In this document: in pieces, positions 62,791 to 64,000 of the stretch | Layout of the letters: each line of letters opens with the position of its first letter | Numbering within the stretch: position 1 is the stretch's first letter | Notes under the pieces: model-generated | Databases searched by the model: none | What the model was told of the DNA's origin: nothing | Seen by the model: only the letters and a program-made list of their open reading frames with translations | Assembly (NCBI GenBank): GCA_051362555.1 | Contig: CM120641.1 | Coordinates: 4,526,001-4,590,000 of the forward strand | Direction of reading: 5' to 3' | Length of the DNA: 64,000 nt | Origin: Lingula anatina | Taxonomy: Eukaryota > Animalia > Brachiopoda | Translations under genes and position numbers: made by a program

Positions 62791-64000
62791 GGAATATACA
62801 GAGATGTTCCATAAGCCAAACAACGCCCCCCCCCCTTTTTTTTTTTAGAGCACTTGACATAAAATGACATAATATTCATCCAGACTTCTAAGAATGGATC
62901 TACAGTTGTTTTACTTTTGGTGTCTAAATTGTTTGAAGAAAGTTCATGGGAGTTTCTCCGTCATATTTCTCAACTTGAGGTCCGAGTTCAGTCGCAAGAA
63001 TTAGAAACTCCCTTTCAGCATCACCTCAAAGACGGCGAGAAACGGAACCCTGCCACGCCAGGGCGCACCAAAATACACTTCAAATTAACAAAAACAAAAG
63101 CCGCTTAAAATCTTGTTAACCCAAGTATGCAGAACAACTGTTTTCCTTTTAAATTGGAAGAAAAACTTTTTTGACACTGCACTTAAAATTGATTGCAGAG
63201 AGTCACGAATACCGCATGATACTGCCGTAGGAAAGGAGGCGTTTTAACGTCTCGGTGTATAATCTGCCTCTTCCCCCCCAGCTGTGTCACCATGGGTTTC
63301 TTGATGCTTGTCTTTAAGTTACATAATTAAAGTGTTATTAGTATGAACGCACTGTCCTTATGTTTCACGATGTGTTTACCTCCTGCTCCAATCTCAGCTG
63401 TCACCTACAGTACTGTAGAAGTCTTCCTATATAATTAGAAATCACCCGTCCAAACAATTAGTCTGTGAAATGATGAGGAAGATTATCGGCTTGGGGAATT
63501 TTGAACCCTGCGTTTACTTTTTTCGCTTAGGGGGATATGTTTTTAACAGATTGTGACGAACTTTAAACACGGGAGTTTATTTTTTGCCTCCGTTATTTCA
63601 TCTGTGCCTTTCTCTTTATTGCATTTTTTTTTTCAAATTGCAAAATTCCCATGTCTGGTGCTATAGATCAGATAGCAAATGTTTATTATTATGGGGGAAT
63701 TAAACCGCTCCATTTCTGATGTAACCAGGTTTTTTTCTTTTGCTTGTCTGCAGATTTCGTTTGACAATTGCCATTTCACGTATCATTCACGCTTTATTTC
63801 GGTGAAGTGGTAATGTGTACATGTAACCTGTTTTTTTTTTTTTTTTAATTTGCATTTTTATTTATTTATGACCATAATTTAGAATTTTCCATTAAATTGT
63901 CTTTTATGTCGACAAACAAATTAAAAAATAGACATAAGAAGAGTAGTGGAGGGAGGTCTGAAAGAATTTGAACGAAATCCACATAGTGCAACGTAGATGA

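Overview
AT-rich, intron-rich animal genomic DNA, probably a lophotrochozoan such as a mollusc (inferred from gene content). The left ~22.5 kb is CpG-poor and holds three genes: BABAM2/BRE (+, 11 coding exons, start just outside the window), a single-exon Mab-21/cGAS-like receptor gene (-) that appears membrane-anchored and lacks the canonical catalytic motif, and MCM8 (-, 29 coding exons, ~849 aa, expanded GNWRGG-repeat N-terminus). A CpG-richer ~29 kb stretch then leads to an intronless innexin coding exon (+, 51584-52780) with a phase-2 splice acceptor 1 nt before its ATG. The most notable observation is a set of short upstream ORFs (50543-50697, 50995-51146, 31781-32013). Each ends exactly in a phase-2 GG|GT donor, would splice in frame onto the innexin, and encodes an Arg/His-rich peptide ending in a Gly-spaced hydrophobic segment. 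Two are clear paralogues with many synonymous differences. This suggests variable first exons on a constant innexin body, or conserved uORF micropeptides. Several non-autonomous DNA transposons, a LINE 3' fragment and microsatellites are also present. All exon models were read manually and are not confirmed by transcript data.
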